DNA of 64,000 bases. Origin: Octopus sinensis (lineage: Eukaryota). Under the pieces are notes generated by a model. It did no database searches, was not told where the DNA came from, and saw only the letters and a program-made list of their open reading frames with translations. Each line of letters opens with the position of its first letter. Within the stretch, counting starts at the first letter, position 1. The stretch lies in NCBI RefSeq assembly GCF_006345805.1, contig NC_043003.1, positions 1,798,001-1,862,000 of the forward strand, in the 5' to 3' direction. Shown one piece after another: positions 14,621-26,202 of this stretch. A program made the position numbers and the translations under genes.

Positions 14621-15069
14621 GCATATGTGTATTTGTGCTCCATCAACACTTGACAACTGGTGTTGGTGCATTTATGTCCCTGGAACTTAGCTGTTCAGCA
14701 AAATAGACTGATAGAATAAATGCCAGTCTTGAAACAAAAGTAGTGGGGTTGATTCATTTGATTAAAACTTCAAGGTGGTGCTCCAGCATGGCCACACTAA
14801 TGACTGAAACAAGTAAAAGATAAAACATGGCATTATTCTAGCATTTGGCACGATACTCGGAGTCTTTTTTCTTTTTTATGACAACTGTATGAGAAGTAAT
14901 TCTGTAAAGGTCTCTGGATTTTGAGAAGGTTTTTCCTTCAATGCCTGGGAATAGGTTTTCATGGACTGAAGCAAGTAAAAGAGTCACCAAGGCCATATTC
15001 GATGGCATAAAAGATGCAGGGGTATATTAGATGAACCCCAATATTGATTTCAAATTTTGGCGCACAGCC

Positions 15070-15240
15070 AAGGAGGGAGTAAGTCGATTACATCGACCCC
15101 AGTGGTACTTATTTTATCGACCCTGAAAGGATGAAAGGCCAAGTCAACCTTGGTGGCATTTGAACTCAGAACGTAAAGATGGATGAAATGCTGCCAAGCC
15201 TTTTGCCCAGCAAATCATTCCGCTAGCTCCCTGCCTTGAT
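15070..15240 (-). mobile_element. Family A SINE (partial)
   Basis: Same body and B box. Confidence 0.7.
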
Positions 15241-15412
15241 GCACCCCAATATTGGGAGCACACATTCAAGTTTTAAGTACATTAAAGCGTGTAATAGAGA
15301 CACAACTTTCCAGAAAAAGCTGGTTGTGATATGCTAAGAGAATATGGATAACGAACCATCGCATAAAAATTAGTTTGTTTCATTAAAATAGCCAGCTGAA
15401 TAATTATTCTTT

Positions 15413-15632
15413 TTAAGTGTCCTTTCTAAGAATGTTGGACATCACCAATCATGTCCTGCTCCAATTCTCTCCTCTTTTGTTTCCTATAACAGTTCCACTT
15501 CCTGGTGTTTAATGCCTCTTTCTTCCAACCAGTTTGCCAAGCTTCATATCCTTCTTTCCCCTTCAATCTTTCGGGTCATTGCTAAATTCTTCAGGCTGTC
15601 TTTCCTCATCACACGACCAAGAAATCTCCAGA
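15413..15632 (-). pseudogene. RTE-clade LINE ORF C-terminus / 3' end, inverted relative to the adjacent RT fragment
   Basis: RFLGRVMRKDSLKNLAMTRKIEG...EVELL, ending at a TAA with an A-rich tail. Confidence 0.7.
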
Positions 15633-15649
15633 GAATTAGATTTCTGCAA

Positions 15650-16111
15650 GCAAGAAGCAGAATAACGCCTGAGATTGGAACTGAATGGTTTGGCTTTGTT
15701 AAGGCTGCTGGTACTAGGAATGCTATTTCTGTATTGAGAATGATAATGGAGCAGGCAGTAAAGCTGCAAAAAGATGTCTTCATGAGTTTCATAGATTATA
15801 CAAAGGCCTTTGACAAAATAAGACATGTTATTTGAAGAACTCATTAACCTTGACCTGCATGTGAAGGACGTCCAAATCTTGCAGAGCCTGTGTTGGAACC
15901 AATCAGCATGCATAAAAAGGTGGATGGAGAATGTTGTGAATTTGCTGGCATCAGGAAAGGGGTTTAGTCAAAGATTGCTATGTCACCAGATCTCTTCAAT
16001 TCCCATAGGGAATTGATCATAAGGGAACTGAAGAAGGAAAAAAGTCTTGGAGAAGGAGACAGAAACATCACAAACCTAAGATATGGAGATGACACAGTTC
16101 TACTTGCAGAA
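15650..16111 (+). pseudogene. RTE-clade LINE reverse transcriptase fragment
   Basis: ARSRITPEIG...GFVKAAGTRNAI...FIDYTKAFDKIRH...NITNLRYGDDTVLLAE, with frameshifts. Confidence 0.85.
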
Positions 16112-16619
16112 TTATCTATTTTATCATTATTTTTCATTTTGTAGAATATGGAGGTGGGGTATTTGGAGAAAGAGATGTTGTTACTGAGTTATAAACAGGC
16201 TTAGAACCAATTAAGTTGTTTGACATTTCAAATTCAAGACGAGCAGAGACAAGTTCATAGAATTTTAATTTAACAACCAAAAGAATATGTCTTTTCATCT
16301 TCAAGAAAGTTTACACTCTTTGGGTGTCGCCCTTTGTTTAAGGCTAAATGTTATAAGTTGTCATAACTGATCATTATAGAAGTGTTGAAGTTCCATTAAC
16401 CCAGAGAAGAAAACAGCAGGGTATTTACACATCAACACCATTTTACATCTACTTCCTATAATGGTATGGATTAGATGGATCATCTCAAGACGGTCCTAGT
16501 CACTTCTTATCAGCAGCTACTACCCTTAAAGAAAGACCGGTGCTTATAAGAGTTATTTGGTTTTGTTTCTATAACTGGAGGCCCTCTCTGTCATCATCCA
16601 CTTTGCTGAGTGTATTGGA

Positions 16620-17140
16620 GCCATTTCCTTGTGGCACCAGCACTAGAGATGCTGAATAGTCCACAGCAAGACAACTAAAAAGGGTTCACAACCCTACAAG
16701 GCCTTCTCAAAGTCAACAAATGCCAGGAATATTTAGCCAAATATTTCTTTTGGCTAAATTCAAATTCAAAGTTTGTGATAGTTTTTCCAGGTATGAAGGC
16801 CAAACTTGAGCTTGCCCAAGCTAAAACTCTCTCCATCACTGCCATAACCAGCTCCAACAATTTGCTACTTCCATATCCTTTGCTTTCAAGTCCTTTGCCC
16901 TTTGTAGCTATTACAAGATTAATCAGGTAACAGTCATCTGTATTACCTTGTCATATATTATGAGCATCTCAGCAATTAGCCTTCAAGGACCAGAAACTTT
17001 CACTACATTCAGATCTTTAATCACTCTACTATTCTACTGTCAACTTGAATTGCTGGTCCTTCTGTGGGGTAACCACGAGATCGGCTGAGAGACTTTTCCC
17101 ATATTTTGGAACTAAGAAGAACAGGCAGATTTTCAGTGGA
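16620..17140 (-). pseudogene. Degenerate RTE LINE RT fragment
   Basis: Broken frames give EGPAIQVDS, KGKG, KLLELVMAVMERVL, FIPGKT, AFVDFEKA. Confidence 0.6.
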
Positions 17141-18111
17141 AATTTTGGTGGTTGTTACTCTTTACTCTTTTACTTGTTTCAGTCATTTGACTGTGGCCAT
17201 GTTGGAGCACCGCCTTTAGTCGAGCAAATCGACCCCAGGACTTATTCTTTGTAAGCCTAGTACTTATTCTATCGGTCTCTTTAGCCGAATGGCTAAGTAA
17301 CGGGTTGATCGACTTCTGTAGCAGTAAGGAAGAAGAAAGCTTGTGCCATGGCTGGCCAGCAACCGGAATGTTCAAACACATGAATAATGTTTGTCCTTTC
17401 ATTTAAGTTCCTATCACACCCCCATTCTGCATCCCTTTGCCACACTTGCTACCATAAGTGCTGTTTATCATTGTTATCTTCAAGACAGTAAATAATTTCG
17501 TTTTTTAGAAAATTCTGGATGTTTCATAGTTGATTTTCTTTCTTTCTTTTTTTAGTTAATCTTTGCAATAATTGGAAATATTAAGGAACTGAAGATGAAG
17601 GAGAAAAAGAATCAATCTACAAAGCTTATGATAAAGCTTCATAACAAACGAGAATCTTACTCTGACAGTTCACACAAATGGACAAGTCAGGTCAGAGGTG
17701 GAGGTATGTGCTGTTTGCATTCACCATTTGTCAATATATTCCTGAGTGCTCCCAGGTGACTCATCCAGCAGATCTCAGTCAGTCCCTGTTTTTGTGAGAC
17801 ACCTCCTCATCTGCCGTGACTATGTGGTTGACCAACATGAACCAGATCCTCAGTGAAGAGAACATGGTAAGTAGGGTCTAAATTGGAAAATCAAGCAACA
17901 TGGCCAATATGCCTGAGCTGGTGCTCCAAAATCATTCTTGTACGATTTGGAATAATGGATGTGTGATGTTTTTTTTAATTTTTTAATTTATAGCTTTCCA
18001 TACAAAATAGTCATATATAAAATTTCCAAACAAAATTTGTCCATAAACATTTTTTAATTGATTTCCAGTGATTTCTGAAGACAAGAAGATTCCCAGTCAC
18101 TAATCTAAATA

Positions 18112-18446
18112 CGAGGGTGAGTCAAAAAGCAATGCCATTTTATTTAGGACAGGTATAATTACCAACACAGGAACATGTATCATACATCAAAATGAAGCTG
18201 GTCCTCTGTGGATCACATCCCTACTTCTCAACATAGTCACCGTTTCTCTCAATAGCAATGTTCCACCTTCAAATGAGAGCATGTATCCCTGCCCCGTGAA
18301 GTTCTGTCGACTGTTCTTTGAGCCACTGCTTCACTACAGTTTTCACTTCCTCATCACTGGAATAATTTAGCGCCTTCAGACTATCATCTCTTTGGCCCCA
18401 TGAAAGAGGGTTTGAAAGGCAAGCATTACTTTTTGACTCGCCGTTG
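18112..18446 (-). mobile_element. Internally deleted mariner element (MITE-like)
   Basis: 24 bp TIRs (20/24 match), TA on both sides. Minus strand encodes YSSDEEVKTVVKQWLKEQ...RWNIAIERNGDYVEK; plus strand 18375-18429 encodes SDYHLFGPMKEGLKGKHY. Confidence 0.85.
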
Positions 18447-18973
18447 TAGGATTAAAAATTGAAATAAATTTTCCAATAAAAAAAACATCTATCCAAATCC
18501 AGTCAATGAAGGAGCAGACATAGCACCCAATTCTTCCTCGAATTGCATCCATCTTTAAAAAAGTAGGTGTTTTCTAGAGTTTTTAACATTAGACAATGTA
18601 ATCCTTGGAATGCCAAAAGATAGGATGGCCACAAGTAGAATGTCTGTAACTGTAGGTCTGCTCAATAGAGCTGATAACTTAGGACTGATAGAAATTAAAA
18701 AAAAACAAAAACAAAATTGCAGCAGGAACAATTTTTTCCTCTCTAAATGAAAAAGTATGAAAAAAAAGAAAATTCAGGTGCAGGAGTTGCTGTGTGGTAA
18801 AAAGCTTGCTTCCCAACCACATGGCTCTGGGTTCAGTCCTACTGCGTGGCACCTTTGGTAAATGTCTTCTACAGCCTTGGGTTGACTGAAGCCTTGAGTG
18901 GATTTGGTTGACAAAAACTGAACGAAGCCCATTGTGTATATCTATCTATCTATATATATATACATATGCACAT

Positions 18974-19004
<31 letters not shown>

Positions 19005-19869
19005 AGTGTGACTCCCCACTGTCACTTGACAACTGATGTTGGTGATGTCCCCATAACTTTCCAGACTTCAAAAAATAAGGGGTTGATTTGTTCAATTAGA
19101 CCCTTCAAGGCAGTGCCCCACTATGGCCACAGTCCAATGACTAAAACAAGTAAAAAAATATACATTTCCTACGCACACAAATGCTGCTGCATGCACACGT
19201 CTTTGTGTATATTCCAACATTCTGTAGCCTTCGTTTCTCATTGACATAAACAGTGATACAATGTTTACATTCCTAGCTTATCATCATTAAATGGCTGTTT
19301 TCCATGCTGGCATGGGTTGGAAGGTTTCACAGGAGCTGGCAAGGATGGAGAGCCACACCAGCTTCCATTGTCTGTTTTGGTTTGGTTTCAACAGCTAAAT
19401 GCCCTCCCTAACATCATCCGCTTTACAGAGAACACCAGGTGCTTTTTGTGTGGTACCAGCACCACTGCTTTCTACATGGTACCATCACCAGTGCTGGTCA
19501 CTAAAAACAAAAATCCTTTAAGTGAAAAAACAGTTAAGAATGAACAACAGTGAAGGCATCAGGTCCTAAAATACTGCCTCCAATAAGGGTCCATCTTATC
19601 CATGTTTGCAGGACACAGAGACATATTAAAAATTAAAATACTGAGTGAGAAACTTTGTTTGAAAAGTTTAAACATGATTGTTGTAGTTTCCATGGAAACC
19701 TGTAGAAAAATATTTAGAAAATTGTTGTTTACCTTGAATGGGGCTACATAACTAAGAAGTTTGCTTGGCAGCCCCATGGTTTGAAGTTCAATCCCACTCT
19801 GCACCACTTTGGCAAGTGTCCTCTCCAATAGATCAGGCTGACTAATGCCTGGTCAGTGAATTTAATTAA

Positions 19870-20130
19870 GTCTTGGATTCTGATGGAATATCGGCCATCC
19901 ATAACTGTTCTCCTCTCTTCTCAACCTTGGGTTGTCTTTTCTGCTTCTCTTGAGCTGGATCCTTGCATTTTGCTTTCGGATTTTATCATTCTGCTCCACG
20001 TTTTCCTGAAGGAAGGTGTTCCTCTTCCAGGTTTTGTTAGCTTTCAATTGTCATCAATGCTTTTGGAACTTAGCATTTTTTTTTCTAGGTAGAGTTACTG
20101 ATCCTATGCGACCCCAGTTTTACTTCTGAG
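19870..20130 (-). pseudogene. Degenerate RTE-like LINE 3' end
   Basis: KPGRGTPSFRKTWSRMIK...EAEKTTQ...VMDGRYSIR resembles the RTE C-terminal tail. Confidence 0.45.
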
Positions 20131-20520
20131 AAAAGCAGCTCCAAGTCTAGACTTTATCCATTGACCTGTCCAGCATGGGAGGACATGCCAGGACCTTGTG
20201 CTCTGCTGGCATATCTCTGAGGGTCATTGAAACACAGCAACAAAGGCTGGGCCTTGTGATGGTTGTGAGTGAATTTGGTAGGCAGAAATTAAAACAGATG
20301 CTAAGCAAAGGAATGAACGAAAGAATCATTTTATGTTGTCTGCGACAGAATTGCTATGAGAAAGAATTACAACTAAACTGGTTTTTAAAAATTGTTTCAA
20401 TTTCTTGTTTTATTTATCCAAATTGGGGGTCCTTAAAAAAAAAAAGCAAAATAAAAGGTCCAGAATATTTCATACAGTCATAACACAGAAAAAGAGAGCC
20501 ATACATTATACATACATACA

Positions 20521-20570
<50 letters not shown>

Positions 20571-21269
20571 AGTAATGGCAGTATGTGTATTGGTGTAGTT
20601 TAGAAGTTGGAGTGCAATATTTCACTGAGAGATGTTTGAGCCAACACACAAGCAGAAAGTCCCTTTAATGTTGAGCCATTTGTGTACGTATTGGATGTCC
20701 ATCTAATTAAGAAGAGTGTTTAAATATACCTCTGATTAGGGAAGAGAGAAAAAAACAAACAAAAAGAGCTGAACTGCTATGAAACTTTCCCACACACACA
20801 CACACAAAGAGAGAACAATCTTAAGCTGTTTTTGTTCATTCTTTATTATTATTATTATTATTATTATTATTTAAATGTAAATATATCTAAAAAAAAAAGA
20901 AAAAATATAAAGCACTGGATTGATAGAATTTTTCATAATTTTTTGTAATTAAGTTTGGAAACAAGGAATTGGTAAGCTGCTTGCTTGTGTGTCTGTAGTT
21001 GTATGACCAAGGTAGGCGTGGTAAACGATTACCTCGGTAACAATAGCTATGAGTTTACGAGCATCCAGATATGGAGTTGTGTGTATATCTATGAGACTGT
21101 ATTCATAATTTGTCCGAAAAGAAAGAGAAGGTAGAAGTGGAGTAGAGAATAAAGTCTGTTCTGTTGATGGACATTGTGTTTAGTGTGTGTGTGTGGGTGT
21201 TGTTGCTACTGGTGGTGGTGGTGGTGGTGGTGGTGGTGGTGCAATGAAACATTTAAACATTTAGGGCAC

Positions 21270-21356
21270 TTATTTCAGTAATGTCTTGATTTCCTCCGAA
21301 TCTGCACATTCAACGATATGACGTCCATCCGGTGCTTTGATCTGTTTGTCGGCACC
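21270..21356 (-). CDS. MTPN: Myotrophin exon 4 (last coding exon with stop)
   Basis: ttctattttcag acceptor, GADKQIKAPDGRHIVECADSEEIKTLLK-TAA. The four phase-0 exons join to a 116 aa myotrophin. Confidence 0.95.
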   Translation of the reverse strand, partial: GADKQIKAPDGRHIVECADSEEIKTLLK

Positions 21357-21839
21357 CTGAAAATAGAAGAGAATAAGGGCCTTAATAACATTTAAGATTA
21401 TCCACATATATAAAATCCTCTGGGTGTGTGTGTGTCTCTCCTATGCACGCCCCACCCTATATGGCCCTTCTGATTTTTTTTTCTCAGCAGTATAATACCA
21501 AATTTCGCATGAAGGTTTTTCATTACTTGGGGAAGGTTGCAAGGTAGTGGGGACAGTTTCAAATTTTGGCCCCCTATACGACCCTTCAGATTTTTTTTTT
21601 TGCAGTGGTATAACAGTTTCACTTTTATTCCTTGTGTGTGTGTGTGTGTGTGGTGTGTGTGTGTGCGCGCGCGTTTCCTCTATGCATGGCCAAACCGCTG
21701 GATCAATCTGTAGCAAATCTGGCTGTTTGGAAATTATGTCAGTTTTGTTTTTCCGCTTTAAAGGAAAATGATTCTGAAACACTTCTTAATTGTGATAATG
21801 AAACAAGAGGTTTAAAGAAAAAGAAACAGAAAGGTTTCT

Positions 21840-22071
21840 TATTTCTTTAGTGCCCACAAGGGCTAAACACAGAGGGGACAAACAAGGACAGACAAATGGA
21901 TTAAGTCGATTATATCGACCCCAGTGCATAACTGGTACTTATTTAATTGACCCCGAAAGGATGAAAGGCAAAGTCGACCTCGGTGGGTTTTGAACTCAGA
22001 ATGTAGCAGCAGACAAAATACCGCTTAGCATTTTGCTTGGCGTGCTAACGTTTCTGCCAGCTCACCACCTT
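21840..22071 (-). mobile_element. Family A SINE nested in the Helitron
   Basis: Full-length copy. Confidence 0.8.
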
Positions 22072-22699
22072 AGAAACAGTGTTTCTAAACAAAGGTTTCT
22101 AAATAACTAAAAGTCTTCATACCGACACACGTTTATACACTGTAGGATATCTTTCAGTTTATACAATAAACTTAATAAATTTTAAAGTTCAATATTTCCG
22201 TGACATAAATTAGAGATATCGACAGGAGTTATTCAAACAATTGTTCGTGGAATGGACCTAATAAAATTTGCTAGGGTACACTCGAAATTTCATATTTAAA
22301 TCTGATGAGACTATTTCTACTTGAATACTGGTCCTACCTCAGATTTGAAATTGAATCTATAATCTACCCTTAGCCAAACTGCTGGATCAATCTGTACCAA
22401 ATTTGGCATGAAGGTTTTTCATTAATGGGGGAAGGTTCGGAGGGGGGGGGGGTGTAACTAAATTATTAACTTTTTTTGCAAAAACAGAAACATGTTTTAC
22501 ATACCTGTTGTACATGTTGGTTTTGTTTTTTGCTTCAAAAAGTAAACCATTCTGATAGAAGCAAACACGATATTGAATAATTCTCTGCCATACGTCTATG
22601 ACCCCACCTCTTTATTTTAAAGTAAAGATTAACGCTTTTTTAATTGTGATAAAGAAACAAGAGGTTTAGTCCTTACCACCAAAATTCATTTCTCTTGGG

Positions 22700-22990
22700 A
22701 ATATAAGGGTGATAATGTCTTTATTCTACGGATCGTGTTAATCCCATCTGACCTCCCCTATGAATTTAAACAGCTCCAGTTCCCAGAGAAACTAAGTTTT
22801 GCTATGTCCATAAGCAAATCTCAAGCACAATCTCTCAATGCTGTTGGACTTAACCTTGCTTTTCCTTGCTTCTCTCATGGGCAATTATATGTAGGATGTT
22901 CGCGAGTTAGAGGTCCCAAAACCCTTTTCCTTTCTACACCAATTAAAGGACACACTGAAAACACTGTATAGTTAGAAGTTCTACGAAATT
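22700..22990 (+). pseudogene. Helitron RepHel PIF1-like helicase C-terminal remnant
   Basis: LIPSDLPYEFKQLQFPEKLSFAMSISKSQAQSL...FSHGQLYVGCSRV resembles the QFP-x-x-LAFAMTINKSQGQ and FSHGQLYVA-x-SRV motifs. Confidence 0.85.
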
Positions 22991-23194
22991 AAACTATGAT
23001 GGATTTCAGGATTTGTTTTAATAACTTTGTTTATACTCACGTCATCTGATAGAATTTTTCTGAAAATATCTTTATCAGAATAAAGATATCTATTTCCTTT
23101 AACATTCTTTAAACTTCTGAGCAACGCTGGGTACTCAGGCTAGTGTATGTGTGTGTGTGTGTAATGTCAGTGTGCATGTGTAATGTTAGTGTGC

Positions 23195-23490
23195 ACACAC
23201 GACAGTGTAAGCGCCCTGAGAGAAAAGCTGGACATAAGAAGCATCAGATGTGGTGTGCAAGAAAGACGCTTGCAATGGTATGGTCATGTGCTGCGGATGG
23301 ATGAGGAGAGATGTGTGAAGAAATGATACTCCCAAACAGTTGAAGGTATCAGGGGGAGAGGTAGACCCAGGAAGACATAGGATGAGGTAGCCAAGCATGA
23401 CCTCTGAGCGTTGGGCCTCACAGAGGCAATGACAAAGGACCGAGATCTCTGGAGATATGCTGTGACTGCAAAGACCCAGGCTGCTTCCTG
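23195..23490 (+). pseudogene. RTE LINE 3' end fragment
   Basis: VSALREKLDIRSIRCGVQERRLQWYGHVLRMDEERCVKK...GRGRPRKT...DRDLWRYAV with internal stops. Confidence 0.8.
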
Positions 23491-24097
23491 CACCAGTTTC
23501 GCATAGCCTCAGCCCATTCAAAGTACCTTGGATTGCAGAATGACCTGCTGTGCTTGAGGAGACCTACTGAGTCAAGTACATCAATATCAAAATAAATATC
23601 AAATGGAAATTGTAGTTACGATACCTGTGCCGGTGGCACATAAAAAGCACCATCCAAACGTGGCTGATGCCAGTGCTGCCTTTACTGGCTTCTGTGCCGG
23701 TGGCACATGACCTGCTGTGCTTGAGGAGACCAATTGAGTCAAGTACATCAACATCGAAATAAATATCAAATGGAAATAGTAGTTGTGATACCTGTGCCAG
23801 TGGCATGTAAAAAGCACTCACTACACTCACAGAGTGGTTGGTGTTAGGAAGGGCAACCAGCTGTAGAAACACTGCAAGATCAGACTGGAGCCTGGTACAG
23901 CCTCCTGGCTTCCCAGACCCTGGTCGAACCGTCCAACCCATGCTAGCACAGAAAATGGGCGTTAAACGATGATGATATGTATGTTTGTTTGTATATATAT
24001 ATATATATATATAATAATAATAAATATTAGGGAATAAATCCAAATTTACAGGAAAAAATCAGATTTAGGATTGAATCCAATTTTATAGCAAAATATT

Positions 24098-24290
24098 ATA
24101 TAATATTAATTAGAGACAAAACCACTTTAATGCAAATCAAACAAAGAGACTTAATCCAATACATAAAAATTTTATATAAATTAAATAAAATTTAATTTTA
24201 TTTAATTTATATAAAATTTTTATGTATTGGATTAAGTCTTTCTTTGTTTGATTTGCATTAAAGTGGTTTTGTCTCTAATTAATATTATAT
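24098..24290. repeat. Near-perfect 193 bp AT-rich palindrome
   Basis: About 95 bp arms differing by a 2 nt indel; centre at 24193. Confidence 0.9.
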
Positions 24291-24638
24291 ATATATATAT
24301 TTAAGTGTATAGTTTTTTTTTTTATTTATTGTAACTGAAACCTCTCAAGTCTCATGGCTTGAATTTCACACCACCATGACCTGAGAATAACTTGAGTCAC
24401 AAGACAAACTGCATTTTCAGTTTCAATAACCCCCCCCCCACCAAAAAAAACATCCGCAACACGTGTGTGTGTGTGTGTGTGTATGCACACATACACTAAT
24501 ACAATGCGGAATATTTGAAAGGAGAGTGTAGAAAGACAAGGAGAGAAAGAGGTATACAGAAAGAGAGAGAGAGAGAGAGAAAATGAAGCAGAGACCGACA
24601 GATGGTGACGCATAAATAAATGAATCTTTAGTTCTCAC

Positions 24639-24722
24639 CTGGGATATAAGGTATTGGACACACTCAGCATGGCCTTCCCATGTGGCTGCTAACAACGCAC
24701 AGATTCCATGTTTGTCTAATCG
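24639..24722 (-). CDS. MTPN: Myotrophin exon 3 (ankyrin repeat)
   Basis: TAG acceptor, 84 nt RLDKHGICALLAATWEGHAECVQYLISQ, CAG|GTGAGA donor. Confidence 0.95.
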
Positions 24723-26202
24723 CTACATTGCAAAACAGAAGAACAGTCATTTCATTATTACAAAAGTCATTTAAATCTTCAGCCAAATTTATTAATTAAC
24801 AATAAAAATAAAATTACAAGGTGTAGGTGAGAAGCTTGCTTCCCAACCACATGATTCCAGGTTCGGTCCCACTACGTGTCACCTTGGGCAAGTGTCTTCT
24901 ACCTTAGTCTTGGGCTGACCAAAGCTTGTGAGTGGATTTGGTAGACAGAAACTGAAAGAAGCCCACTGTGTGTTTGTTTGACCTCTACCACCACCTGACA
25001 ACTGGCGTTGGTTTGTTTACATCCCTGTACCTTAATGGCTCAGCAAAAGAGACCAACAGAATAAATAGCAGGATTTAAAAAAAAAAGTCCTGGTATCAAT
25101 TCAACTAAAAATTCTTTCAAGGCAGTGCCCCAGCATGGCCACAGTCTAATGACTGAAACAAACAACAGGCAAAAAAAGATGATGCTTGAAGCACATCGTT
25201 AGTTACAAATCTATAGTCAGCATCAGAAAACATGTGGAGGTGGATGGCTTAATGGGTAAGGTGCTGGGCTCATGATCGTAAGATTATGGTTTCAATTCCT
25301 GGACTGGGCAATGTGTTGTATTCTTGGGAAAACCACCTTGTTTCATGTTGCTCCAGTCCATTTAGTTGATAAAAATGAGATTCTCTAATGGACCAGCATC
25401 CCATCCAGGGAGGAATATATATAAGCCAGACAAACCAGGAAACCAGCCCTAGGCTCCTTACACAGTAATGTGGGCTTACCATAAAAAAAACATGAAGCTG
25501 TAAGAAAACTTGCTCTACGAGTTAATCCTTTGGTTACAATATTTTGGTTGAAATACACCGTCTTGGTTTCCATTTGGTTTGAAAACAATGAAGAATTTAT
25601 TAAAACGGTTGGGACAGGGGTGCTAGGAATGTGGCCTGAGCGTCAGCCTGAAAAAGTTTGGGAACCACTGCTTTAAAATATGAGCTTTGTAGCAAGCAAC
25701 CAAGGGACCTGTTCCACTCTGTCTCTCCTTCTTTAATCTCTCATCACCAAGCACAAAGCCACCCCCTGTAATAGTACTCCCACCCCGTCTCAGTCACGGG
25801 ATCTTGCTTTGCAATTACTTAGTGATCCCACTGATGCTGGTGCTACATAAAAAAAACACCCGATAAACTCTGTAAAGTGGTTGGTACTGGGGAGTGCATC
25901 CAGCTGTAGAAACCATGCCAGACAGATGGAGTTTGGTGCAGTTTTTTTGATTCCCCAACTCCTGTCAGACCCGCCAACCCATTACAGCATGGAAAACGGA
26001 TATTAAACGAGGATGAGCAACTCGTTATTAAACTGGAATTTGGAGCATTAATTAACATGAAATCTTGATGGAAGATCACTTTAAAACAGTGGTTCCCAAA
26101 GTGGGTGGTATTGTTCCCCTGGGGGCAGTGGAAAGTTCCAAGGGGATGTTGAAGTGGGGCGATAAAGGGGGTAGTTATTCAAGTAAAAACAACAAAATAA
26201 TG

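Larger units (their letters stand above)
21401..23143 (+). mobile_element. Internally deleted Helitron carrying a helicase C-terminal fragment and a nested family A SINE
   Basis: A|TC start at 21401 (less certain); GCAACGCTGGGTA...CTAG|T end at 23143; internal duplicated blocks. Confidence 0.65.

Noticed and set aside
17757-17872. Plus-strand exon candidate ending in a GTAAGT donor
   Set aside because: No frame stays open from the CAG acceptor to the donor in a useful way, and the sequence resembles a decayed RTE tail (TMWLTNMNQIL).
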